Shown: piece after piece, positions 24,876 to 36,287 of the stretch | Position numbering within the stretch: position 1 is the stretch's first letter | Layout: the number at the start of each line of letters is the position of its first letter | Origin: Octopus bimaculoides | Lineage: Eukaryota | NCBI RefSeq assembly: GCF_001194135.2 | Contig: NC_068998.1 | Location: forward strand, 1,338,494-1,374,815 | DNA: 36,322 bases | Direction of reading: 5' to 3' | Made by a program: the position numbers and the translations under genes | The notes under the pieces: model-generated | Seen by the model: the letters and a program-made list of their open reading frames with translations, nothing else | What the model was told of the DNA's origin: nothing | Databases searched by the model: none

Positions 24876-25351
24876 CCTGAACGAGAGGAGAGTAAGGAGG
24901 GGTTTGGGGGAGCAGTGTAAGTTACATTGATGGAGAGTAAAGGATGAGGAGGCGAGGCAGGAGGTAGTGGAAGAGAGGGAGTGGGAGGGATATCTGATGG
25001 ATGGAAAAAATGGGAGGTGTGAGTGAGGGGGAAGTGTGGGTGAGATGGATGAGATGAGGAAAGAGGAAATGAGAATGAGAATAAGCGAGAGGGAGAGAGA
25101 GAGTAGGAGGAAGAGGGAGAGAGTGAAGGAAGGAGTTTGTAAATAGATTATGTGTGTGGGAGTGGGGTAGTTATGTGTGTACGTATGTGTTTGTGTGTGT
25201 GTCTGTTTGTGTGTGTGTGTCTGTTTGTGTGTGTGTGTGTGTGTGTGTCAGTAATTTTGTGTTGTTGTGGATGTGCGAGGAGGTATCTCTTTTAGTGTGT
25301 ATTTGTTTATTTATGTGTTTGTGTGTATGTTTATAAACGAATGCGTGCGTA

Positions 25352-25383
<32 letters not shown>

Positions 25384-25456
25384 GCGCCCATGTACGTGCA
25401 TGTGTGTGTGTTCTTTAAAATATTAGTAAAAGGAAGGGTGACCGTAAACACCATCT

Positions 25457-25587
25457 CCTGCCGGAGCCTCGTAGAATTTTAGATGTTTTCGCTCAATAAA
25501 CACTCACAACGCTCGGTCTGGGAATCGAAACCATGATCCTACGACTGCGTGTCCGCTGCCCTAACCGCTGAGCCATTGCGCCTCCAC
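25457..25587 (-). mobile_element. tRNA-derived SINE family B copy
   Basis: Shares TTTTCGCTCAATAAACACTCACAACGC, GGGAATCGAAACC and GCCATTGCGCCTCCAC with 21828-21953. Confidence 0.85.
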
Positions 25588-25659
25588 ATACATATGCATA
25601 TGCATAATACATATACATATATACATACAATCTTATCTATAGGATAAGGTCGACGAACT

Positions 25660-25718
25660 GGTGGTGCTCCAGCATGGCCACAGGTTTTGGACTGAAACAT
25701 ATAAAAGAAATAAAAGAA
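25660..25718 (+). mobile_element. Isolated SINE/LINE 3' tail
   Basis: GGTGGTGCTCCAGCATGGCCACAGG..CTGAAACATATAAAAGAAATAAAAGAA, the same tail motif as family A but without its body. Confidence 0.7.
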
Positions 25719-25816
25719 CACAATATTCAAGACTATGAGATAAAGGTTACAGGGTGGATTAGCTGACAGAATCGTCAAAGTCAATGTTACCCTTCTTTTA
25801 GGAAAATTACGATAAA

Positions 25817-27030
25817 TAATGGATTGACCAAAAAGTCCGTTCAATTTTTCTAAGTGAAAAAATGAGCCATATTTGAAACAGCGATTTATTCAATAAATGA
25901 TATAATTACCGTTTTGCTTCATTCAAGAATTTTGAAGACAAATCCATTATTCTCCACTTGAAGAATTTTCTGTCAATATTGGTGAAAAATTGTTCCAGGG
26001 GAATTTTTTCATCCTTCAGATATGAAGGTTTGTCTATTCAATGCATTTGGAAGAGAGAGAAACTTGTAGAAATCAGAAAGCACAAGGTTCGGGCGAATAT
26101 TAAGAGTGAGACATAATATTTCCATCCAAGCCCCAGTAATTTCTGCCTCGTCTGCAAAGAAGTGCATGGTCAGGCATTGTGTGATGAACGACAATGCACT
26201 TACAATTAGCAAATGCTGAACGCTTTTAGTGGATCGCTTTAATTTGTCCAGCTGGTCATTAATACACTCCTAAATTGATAGTTCTGGCCGTGGGAAGAAA
26301 CTCATGAAATGCAATATCCTTCGAACCCCACCAAATTGGAAGCATAATCTTCTTCGGATGAATTCCTGCTTTGGAGGTTGTTTGTGGCGGTTCGCTGTGC
26401 TTGCCCCCGTCATCGTTTACCCTACACATTGTTTTAGATGATCAAGTTTTCGTCCTGTCACCATTTACTTTATCATGTTTCTGCAACGAATCGCAGCTGG
26501 AATGGGCGAGGTCAGCCTCATTCCACTGCTGTGGGACCAAAACATCGAACCGGCGGACGTAACCAAGGTGACGCAAATGATTTTCAACAAACAATGTGGA
26601 CATCTGGTGAAAAGATGCAATCATCCCGGTCACGTAACAGGATGTGGTGTCGCTGTTAATCGCAATTGGCGGCCAGAACGAGGTGCATCTTGTACCAAAC
26701 AATTTCCCGATCGAAATCTTGAAACCCATTTCTGGCAAACACGTTCCGTTACAGCAACATCTCTGTGCACAGTGTATACCATCCTGCAAGTTCACGCTGT
26801 TTTTGCGTTTCATAAAATAAAAGAGAGAGGTATCGAAAATGTTCATTTTAGCTCGGTGGTCCCGAGCACACAAGATTTAATCTGTCTCATTCTAGGTTCG
26901 CGTCGAACTACGTTGAAGTGCCGAATATCTAATGAGTACGCATGCGCAAGAGACAGAGTGAAGTTGGCCACATATTACAGTGCTCGAAGTTTAGATTCGA
27001 CAAAAACCGCACCTTACGAAAACCATTGAT
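25817..27030 (-). mobile_element. Degenerate mariner DNA transposon (mellifera-subfamily-like), transposase pseudogene
   Basis: Minus-strand translation across frameshifts and stops gives ENHLRHLGYVRRFDVLVPQQ, EPPQTTSKAGIHPKKIMLPIWWGSKDIAFHEFLPTARTINLGVY, H(D)NA*PCTSLQTRQKLLGLGW and a YSP..SDF-like motif. These are colinear with mellifera-type transposases (TTSKAGIHQKKVLLSVWWD; HHDNARPHTSLVTRQKLLELGW). A TIR-like TA-ATGGATTGACCAAAAAGTCCGTTCAATTTTT lies at 25817 and a decayed counterpart AAAAACCG.. near 27002. Confidence 0.9.
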
Positions 27031-27690
27031 TGAATTCATCAGTTTGATTTTAAATTGCTTTTTAATATAACTAGACGTAGAAACAAACATTAATTAATAT
27101 ATACGCATACATACTTACACTCATCCTCGGGGAATACCGAAATCGGATCATCTGTAAAGAAAACGAGGCAGAGCGAGAAGTGCGTATGTAGGTGTCTGTG
27201 TATGTGTGAAAGAGATAGATAGACAGAAGGAGAGAGGGGGGAGGGAGAGAGAGGGGGNNNNNNNNNNNNNNNNNNNNNNNNNNNNNNNNNNNNNNNNNNN
27301 NNNNNNNNNNNNNNNNNNNNNNNNNNNNNNNNNNNNNNNNNNNNNNNNNNNNNNNNNNNNNNNNNNNNNNNNNNNNNNNNNNNNNNNNNNNNNNNNNNNN
27401 NNNNNNNNNNNNNNNNNNNNNNNNNNNNNNNNNNNNNNNNNNNNNNNNNNNNNNNNNNNNNNNNNNNNNNNNNNNNNNNNNNNNNNNNNNNNNNNNNNNN
27501 NNNNNNNNNNNNNNNNNNNNNNNNNNNNNNNNNNNNNNNNNNNNNNNNNNNNNNNNNNNNNNNNNNNNNNNNNNNNNNNNNNNNNNNNNNNNNNNNNNNN
27601 NNNNNNNNNNNNNNNNNNNNNNNNNNNNNNNNNNNNNNNNNNNNNNNNNNNNNNNNNNNNNNNNNNNNNNNNNNNNNNNNNNNNNNNNNN

Positions 27691-27730
<40 letters not shown>

Positions 27731-28504
27731 TCTATAAATATATATATATATGTATATGGATATATATACATGTATATCATATATAGATATAGAAACACAC
27801 ACTCACACACACATACATATATATATACCGATACATAATATACTCAGAGAGAGAGAGAGGGAGAGAGAAAGATAACTAGGTGAAGAGAGACAGCCAGACA
27901 GACAAAAGGACAGACAGGCAAACAGACAGACAAGCAGACAAACAGACAGACAGAGAGATGAACAGACTGACAAAGAGGCGGAGGGAGTAGCTAGGTGGGA
28001 AAGACGGTATATTTTTTCTTAATGCTTTTGTAAGAGAGCTAATGTGACTGATGCTAAGATGTTCGTCAGATTGTCAATGAAGTCGGTACTGCGTGACAAA
28101 CGACTAATTTTACAGCTTACTTTACAGAAAAACTTCTATTTGCGCAAATCAACTAAATAATTTGTTAATTAAAGGAGGCATCGGGTTGCGCGCCAAAATG
28201 AGAACTGGTCTGCTCTATGTCGGCAGCCGGAAATAAGCCAAGTTGGTGCGTGATGGACCTGTTTCGTATTGGGATTTCATGCACCGAATTAATGCAATGG
28301 GTCAGAAGTGCGCCAGTGCAAGGGCAGTGTTGACGTCTGTGTGTGTGTAGGTGTATGTGTGTAGGTGTGTAGGTGTGTGTGTGTGTGTGAGTGTATGTAT
28401 GTGTTTGTGCGCACGTCTTTGTGCATGGATGTGTATAGTATAATTACACATTTGTGCATTCATGTCTCTTTGTATGTGCGTGTACACATAAATACATGTT
28501 TCTC

Positions 28505-28549
<45 letters not shown>

Positions 28550-28609
28550 GCGCATACATATACTTATGCATACACCTACACACACACACATATACATACA
28601 TACATATAT

Positions 28610-28685
<76 letters not shown>

Positions 28686-29231
28686 ATATGCATGTATATA
28701 TATAAATGTATGCAACATATACACACATACGTGCGTACATACATACACACAGATTTGTGTGTATGTGTGATATGATTTGTTGTGGGTGGGAGATCACCGT
28801 TATCGTGTTATGTTGTTGTTGTTGTTGTTGTTGTTACTGTTCTTCCTTACTTCTTTTCTTCCTTCTCTGTTTCGTGACGTTTTTTCTTTATTTCTTTTCG
28901 TTGTTATTTCACCGTTATTGTAACAGCTTTCAATTTCTTCCCTTCTTTCCTTTCTCCAAACATCATTTGTTATCGTCCATTTTCTCCGCGCACCTACCCA
29001 TCCTCCCCCTCTCAATACTCCTCCTCCGCCTGCACCCACGCTTCTCCGGTGTGTTTCCCTTCTTCTTATCTCTCCTCCAACCCTTCCCCCTCTTATATAT
29101 CTCGCTCCCTTCGTCGCACCCCAACCCCACCCCTCCCGCCACATCTCTGTCCGACGGAACCTCATTTTAGCTTCCTGAAAATATATATCTTTTTCAATAT
29201 AAACAAGTGTATGTATATAAGCATACATACT

Positions 29232-29266
<35 letters not shown>

Positions 29267-29470
29267 ACTTATATGCGTGCATGTGTACATATTTATGCAC
29301 ACCACATGCATAATACATACATTCATACACATATATACATATATATATAATAAATAGTAAATAATATATAATATGTAAGCATATATGTGTGTGTGTGTGT
29401 GTGCGTATGTCTATGTATGTATATGTATGCATATGTATCTATGTATATACATAAATATACATATATTATA

Positions 29471-29546
<76 letters not shown>

Positions 29547-29967
29547 CATGCACGCATATATATCTATGTATATATATCTGTCAATCTCTATGTCTTATCT
29601 TTATCTCTCCCTCTTTCACTTTTTCCCTCTCTCTCTCTTCCTCCCTCTGTGTTTGTGTGTGTGCGCGCGCGCGCAAGTGCATGTGCTTGTGTGGGTCTTG
29701 TGGTGAATATCGAAGTACGACATGGAAAGAACTGAAGATCACAATTAAACATGGAACACCCCTCGTCAGCCATAGAAACCAAAACTAATGTGGTTTCGGG
29801 CGTTTAACACCGCAAGCTTATGAAGTCGATGGAACTGCTTGTTTGTAAATATCACTGCAGTGATAGACAATGTAAAGAAAAGAGATTTCGAATATCGAGG
29901 ACAACATAAGAAGGAAAACAATGGATGTGAAATAGTTGTGTGTGTGTGATTTGATTATAATTACATG

Positions 29968-30030
<63 letters not shown>

Positions 30031-30139
30031 TGATTGATTGATTGATATTATGTAATGGATTACGCACGGAAGAAGAATATCTATAAAATACAAAATTTAA
30101 AACCATTATTTTAGAGACATATATGGTTGCAGGTAGATG

Positions 30140-30320
30140 ACTTTCTCTTGACCCTGCGGAACACTCAAGAATTGATACCTGAGGGACAAAGTGGCCCCAG
30201 AAGTCGCTTGGTGCTCATTTTCAGTTGATGAGACTCAACGGTTCAACACGCGATCGGGTCCGGGAATCGAACCTTTCACCTTATAATTGTAACCAACTCT
30301 CTGACTAAAAAGCCACGCAC
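30140..30320 (-). mobile_element. Degenerate tRNA-derived SINE, family E
   Basis: Minus strand has a tRNA-like head with B box GGTTCGATTCCCGGACC (as in family D) followed by a different body. Confidence 0.55.
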
Positions 30321-30896
30321 TTAACACACACGCGCGCGCATATGCATGCTAACCAGATCTGTCACCGCCAGTCACCTCTTGCACCCCTGCCCCCGCCCCA
30401 TCACCGTCATCAGAGAGATATCCAGCATCAATGAAGTGGAACAAGTGTCCAGACAGTTTGGACATGTGATCAATCTATTGTGAAGGAATGGTCAGGCGAT
30501 TCGGTGCATTTGTGTGAAGATTGGGGGTGGAGTTAGTGAGAGGAGAATGGTATTATGGGAGGGGGGGAAAGATTGGGGGAGAATAAGAGGGGGAGAGTTA
30601 TTAGCGGAGAGAAGAGAAGGGGAGGAATGAAATGGAAAGAGTAAAGATAGAGAGAAAAGAGAAAGAATGGACAAATAGAAGTATACTGTATGAGAGAGAG
30701 AGATAGAGAGAGTGTGTGAGAGAGAGAGTGAGAGAGAGAGTGAGAGAGAGTGTGAGAGAGAGAGTGTTTGTGTGTGTAGAAGGAGGAGGAAGGGGAGGAA
30801 GAGTAAAAGTTATAGAGAGGAAATGTTGAGATATAGAGAGAGGAAGGGGAGACACCAAAGAGAGAGAAAGGGAAGTAAAGTGAGGTGTAGCAGGAT

Positions 30897-30937
<41 letters not shown>

Positions 30938-30986
30938 AAGTGAGAGGAAGACTAGTTACAAAGTGAATGAATAACGTGAAGGAGGA

Positions 30987-31095
30987 GGTGTGTTTACGTC
31001 CCCGTAAACTAGCGGTTCGGCAAAAAGATTTCGATAGAATAAGTACTAGGCTTACAAAGAATAAGTCCTGGGGTCGATTTATTCGACTAAGAGTG
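30987..31095 (+). mobile_element. SINE family A internal fragment, cut by an assembly gap
   Basis: Shares a 36-nt exact match (CGATAGAATAAGTACTAGGCTTACAAAGAATAAGTC) with the reverse complement of the 34811-35219 copy. Confidence 0.9.
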
Positions 31096-31267
31096 NNNNN
31101 NNNNNATATATATATATATATATACACCGCTCTCGTTCTCCCTCTTTCTTTCTTTCTTTTCCTCTCTCCCATTCTTTCCCCTCTCCTCCGTCCTTCCCCG
31201 GGACCACCTGTGGTTTGTTGTATTGGTTGGATGAGCACTCAGCTAATTAGTCTCTTTTCATTTTCAG

Positions 31268-31353
31268 GTCATTTGGTTGGCACCACAGGAATCCTCACAA
31301 GTGAACAGGGCCTCTTAAATATCTCCTTTCATTACAAATCGATACGAAATTGA
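31268..31353 (+). other. Candidate (terminal?) exon
   Basis: Branch-like GCTAAT plus TCTCTTTTCATTTTCAG|G acceptor. The phase-1 frame reads GHLVGTTGILTSEQGLLNISFHYKSIRN*. Confidence 0.2.
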
Positions 31354-31412
31354 ACTCGCAACGTCGAGCTCTAAATGCTTCAGGAACAAAGTCAAACGTT
31401 TTCTTATTATAC

Positions 31413-31600
31413 TTGTTTAGCCCCAGGCCAGAAATACCACCCATAAAAGGCCAGTTTGCTGTGAACATCCCATCCGAACAATTTTTCTGGTTCTACGGTC
31501 GTATTCCTAATTACTTTATCCAGTGAAACCTTCCATTTCATTGAAGGGATATTTAGCTATTATTTCTAGCTCATCGAAGGCCACATAATGGTTGACTGTT
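31413..31600. repeat. Interspersed repeat family F copy
   Basis: TTGTTTAGCCCCAGG ... TTGAAGGGATATTTAGCTATTATTTCTAGC..GGCCAC, the same bipartite layout as 7826-8022. Confidence 0.5.
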
Positions 31601-31816
31601 GGCTTCTTACGTGATTGTTACCTAGCTTCTCTGTCAAAATAAGAACAATTATTATCTGGGCAGGTGAAATGACAGGGGTTATCGATATATTTTCTGTTTG
31701 ATTCTATTGTTAAACATCAGCCCTCATCAGCCATCGACTGGTTTTACAATAACAGCAGCAACAGCTTTTCCCACTTCATTACACACAAAATTCAACAGTA
31801 ATTGGTAAATATAATA

Positions 31817-31878
<62 letters not shown>

Positions 31879-31974
31879 TCTCTTTCTCTCACACACTCTC
31901 TCTCTCTCTTCCTCTCTCTTTCTCTCTCTATCTATTTATCTATCTATCTATCTGCCTATCTGTCTCTCTCTGTC

Positions 31975-32020
<46 letters not shown>

Positions 32021-32921
32021 ACGGGAAGAAATTGATCTTCGTCTTTCACTTGAACATTTAAGCACACACCAAAAGTATTATTCAGTTTCCGCTTATTTCT
32101 AAGTAGAACAGTGTATAAAGAAGTGCCAAAAGTTTCATGTAATTCTTGCGACCTGGTCACAGATAGTGCCAGCGCACCTCGCTAAATTGTGTCAGTGGAC
32201 ATCTGGTTTAAGCGCGACGAAACATTTTAGGGATTCTTAATAGACAGTACTATTTAGAAATAAATAAAAGGTGAAGAGAAGTTCCTACGTGTTGTCGAAT
32301 GTTTAAAATTCTTCTTCTACGATGTATGGGTCTCTATCTCAACGTGCGGCCTCTGGTCAACTCACTTGTCAAACCAGAACAGTTATACAGACACTCACGC
32401 ACGCGTGCGCACACACGCACACGCACACATACACAGATATAGATGTACATATATGCTTCTAGATATGTTCATATATATATCTATACACGTGTGCGTGTCT
32501 GTGTCTGTGTGTGTGTGTGTAGAGGGGTTGGGGTGTTTGATGCCTCAATCATTTTTCTAAAAACAAAAAAAAGCTAATTAATGAAACTGATATTACATCA
32601 ATATTTCAGCGAACCCTGTGATGTCCGACCACCATTTTTTAATGTAATTTTGGAAATGTGCCGAGATCGAGCTGTGAGTTGTAGCATAATCATTTGGTTT
32701 AATTGTGGGGCAATATTCCGGAAATGTCGTTAATTTATCTACTTAACGCATCGTAATTTTTCTGATCGTTCCACGCTTGGTTGCTTCTGAAAATTGACAC
32801 CTGCTGCTTGATTGGAATTCGCCGAGTCACGACAATGAAATCTCTGGAACAAGGATTCTTAATTGAGGCTTGCTTATAGCTTTGTCTGTTGTTGTTGTTG
32901 TTGCTATTCCTGTTGATGTTG

Positions 32922-33160
32922 CTGTTGTTTAGACCCAGTTAAACTCTGATCAATCAGACGCATGATCAAAGATACAATCACCACATCTTTTATTTTATTT
33001 ATTTTATACTTGATGTTTGTTTTTGCTGCTCGGTCATAGTGTATCTAGGACTACAGTATCCAGCTCATTTGCTTCTTTATTTTGTAACTAAAAAGAAACA
33101 AAAAAACAGAAACAAGATGGCTGCTACTTCTAGCTGATTGAATGACCATACAGAGACGCA
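32922..33160. repeat. Interspersed repeat family F copy
   Basis: GTTGTTTAGACCCAG..CTGATC..ATGATCAAAG ... TGGCTGCTACTTCTAGC..TGACCAT. Confidence 0.5.
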
Positions 33161-33697
33161 ATGTTTAGTCGATTGATGGTATACTTAATGGGCGAGATTT
33201 AACGCTCGTGAGTTCAAATGCCACTGGGTTTTACTTTTGCTTCATGTTCTCCTCTCAAATACCCCATCACACAAAATCGAACCACTGTCCTTGTCACCTA
33301 CATTACGGGGCAACATTAGAGCAGTTCTTTCCTATCACCTACTTCACACGCTCCAAATATGCTTTCGGGGGTCGGAGATGAGGTCGTGTGGAGCGTTAAG
33401 AATGTTCGGACGATAACAAAAGAGGTTCAAATCAAACCCGAGAATCGATAAGGTAAATTCCATTCATATACAGAATTTAACAAATTACTACAAGTATCAG
33501 ACAAAATTGGTCGTAAACTGAGATCCAGTCACTAAATATACACGCCCAGACATACATGAATATATTCATAAAAACTAAGAGTGAAATTATGACATTGCAC
33601 TTAATTCTTTAGTTCCGTGCGTTTCGACACTACATAGTATACACATTTCACGAATATAACTATCAATTTGAATATAAATGATTTTGTAATATTGAAT

Positions 33698-33800
33698 TCA
33701 AATTTTGGGGCAAGGCCAGTAATTTCGGGGAAGGGAGTATATTGATTACATTGACCCCAGCGCTCAATTGGTTCTAATTATATCGATCCCAAAAGGATAA
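33698..33800 (-). mobile_element. SINE family C 3' half, inverted relative to the adjacent copy
   Basis: Its reverse complement (..GATCGATATAATTAGAACCAATTGAGCGCTGGGGTCAATGTAATC..CCCCGAAATT..AAATTTGA) aligns with 33925-34020. Confidence 0.8.
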
Positions 33801-33824
33801 TTTTGTAATTTCTCAATATATTCT

Positions 33825-34023
33825 AAGGCGGCGAACTGGCACAATCGTAAGCACGCCGGAAAAAATGCATAACGGCATTTCGATCATCTTTACATTCGTA
33901 TTTCAAATTCCACCGAGGTCAATTTCGAGGTCGATAAAATAAGTACCAGTTAAGCGCTGGGGTCGATGTAATCGACTTAACCCCCTCCCCCGAAATTGTT
34001 GGCATTGTGCTGAAATTTGAAAC
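33825..34023 (+). mobile_element. SINE family C copy
   Basis: AAGGCGGCGAACTGGCACAATCGTAAGCACGCCGG...GTCGATAAAATAAGTACCAG...CTGGGGTCGATGTAATCGAC aligns with 14092-14303. Confidence 0.85.
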
Positions 34024-34418
34024 CAGTATTACAATATATTCCATGCAAATCAAGCACATTTCAGCAGACAAAAGTTCAAAGATAATGTATGTATGTATGT
34101 GTTTACCGGTGCATGCACATACACACCTTACATAATATGCTTTCTATAAAATACCTAAGATATCTGAGAGTAATCAGGAAATGTACCGATGCCGATCTAA
34201 AGGTAGCATAGAGAAAAATCAAGGCACTTGGTGAAGAATGATGGAGAATAATGGTGACTAATAAAGTTTCAAAATAATCAGACTAAAAATGAATTTCTAA
34301 AAGTAACTCAAAATATAAATATTTATTGTTTCGTAGATTTTGACTTCGCTATAATTATGTCTTTAAGTCATAGCTCTGCTCATGATTGCACATAGAATGG
34401 TAAATGTATGCGTGTGTT

Positions 34419-34421
<3 letters not shown>

Positions 34422-34495
<74 letters not shown>
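34422..34495 (+). repeat. (GT)n microsatellite, representative of dozens of (GT)n, (GA)n, (TA)n, (GATA)n and (CAT)n tracts in the window
   Basis: Pure dinucleotide run. Similar tracts occur at e.g. 884-937, 3536-3589, 5672-5756, 8896-8966, 10777-10840, 29476-29541, 29967-30029 and 31820-31873. Confidence 0.95.
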
Positions 34496-34498
<3 letters not shown>

Positions 34499-34810
34499 TT
34501 TACCTTGCCCCGTTTATTTCGCCCCCGACTGTCTCCGTGGTTATCTGGATGATGGAAGATGACTGCCGTTACGTGAATATCTGTCTGTGTCGGTTGTTTG
34601 TTTATAAGGAGATAACCGAGATGAAATTATGGGAATAATGCAACGCTTTTAAGACACCGTTAGAGACGACTGTTTTTATTCTCTGTATGTCGACCATTGA
34701 TAAAAGTACGAAGACAAGTCATAAGGTATTATGTAAATAGTCCTTTAAGTAAACATTCAAACGCGTATGTTTGTATATGTATGTGTCTGTGTTTTTATAT
34801 ATATCATATA

Positions 34811-35219
34811 TCTCTTTTACTTTTTTACTTGTTTCAGTCATTTGACTGTGGCCATGCTGGAGCACCACCTTTAGTCGAGCAAATCGACCCCAAGACTTAT
34901 TCTTTGTAAGCCTAGTACTTATTCTATCGGTCTCATTTTGCCGAAGCGCTAAGTTACGGGGTCGTAAACACACCAGCATCGGTTGTCAAGCGATGTTGGG
35001 AGGTCAAACATAGACACGTAAACATATACACACACACACACATACATATATATATACACATATATACGACGGGCTTCTTTCAGTTTCCGTCTACCAAATC
35101 CACTCACAAGGCTTTGGTCGGCACGAGGCTATAGTAGAAGACACTTGCCCAAGGTGCCACGCAGTGGGACTGAACCCGGAACCATATGGTTCGTAAACAA
35201 ACTACTTACCACACAGCCA
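34811..35219 (-). mobile_element. Full-length tRNA-derived SINE, family A (CORE-like domain, internal microsatellite, LINE-like tail)
   Basis: Minus strand: A-box-like TGGCTGTGTGG, B-box-like GGGTTCAGTCC, CORE-like ACCTTGGGCAAGTGTCTT, internal (TA)/(TG) tract, then a tail GGTGGTGCTCCAGCATGGCCACAGTCAAATGACTGAAAC followed by AAGTAAAA repeats. Homologous segments recur at six other sites in the window. Confidence 0.9.
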
Positions 35220-35450
35220 AACTCATATGCATACGTACGTGTGTGTGTGTGTGTGTGCGTATGTGTGTGTGCTTGTGTGTGTGTGTCTGCGTGTGTAAGG
35301 TAGCCAGTTGTGGTCCATAGGTTTCTTTGCAGTAATCGCCTTCCGATGTATATATATATCTGTTTTACACGTTTATAGCCCTCTACGCCTCTACATTATA
35401 CAATGATGATACATTGTATAACATGCAAATACACACACACACTCGCAGAC

Positions 35451-35484
<34 letters not shown>

Positions 35485-36035
35485 CACTCAATATTGATCG
35501 CTATATATTGCTTTTGTACCAATGAAGGACAATGACAAAACGTTTATTTTCAGCCAATAAAATCACAAATCACTCTTTGATCCTGGAGATAAAAAAAGAA
35601 GGACTTGAAAACACATCTATCTGTTGTAATTAATATCGTGTAATTGCCATTATTCATAAATTGTAATTAAGTTAATTGACTTCTAACTTCGTCTGGGGAG
35701 TTAATGTGGAATTAGTCAATAGTATGTCCAGGGGGATGTGTTATCACGTCTGTAGGTGTTTATTGAGCAAAAGTTTATGGAATACGCGCGGTTAAACAGA
35801 TGTAATTGTTGAACTACAAGCGTGCATGAACGTATTCGTGAGAAAGCAAGAACGTGCGCGCATGCGTGAGTGTGTATGGGTATGTGCGTGTGTGTTTACG
35901 TGTGTGTTTTTACATCTACGCAAGTCTGTGTGTGAGAGAGAGCTGTGTATATATTATGTCGTATATATGCATGTCGTTCTATATGTAATATACAAGGGTT
36001 CTGTGAGAGTGTGTATGTGTGCGCGCACGCGTGTG

Positions 36036-36071
<36 letters not shown>

Positions 36072-36124
36072 AACACACACATATTGCATATTATGATTGA
36101 CCGTTGACTGGACACTATTCAATT

Positions 36125-36287
36125 TTTTTTCTCCGTGTTTTTCTCCTTGTCTCCGTATTCTTTCTGTTGAAGAGCGTAGCTCGAAACGTCAAAGACTTTC
36201 CGTATTCCCGAGCGTCATACTAATACATCCTTTTGTTATTTACACCACCTGTCCTCGTCTGTTGTTGTTTTTTCGTATATTCTCCCT

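Noticed and set aside
29850-29865. Perfect 16-bp palindrome TATCACTGCAGTGATA
   Set aside because: A palindrome of this length is expected about once by chance in a window this size.
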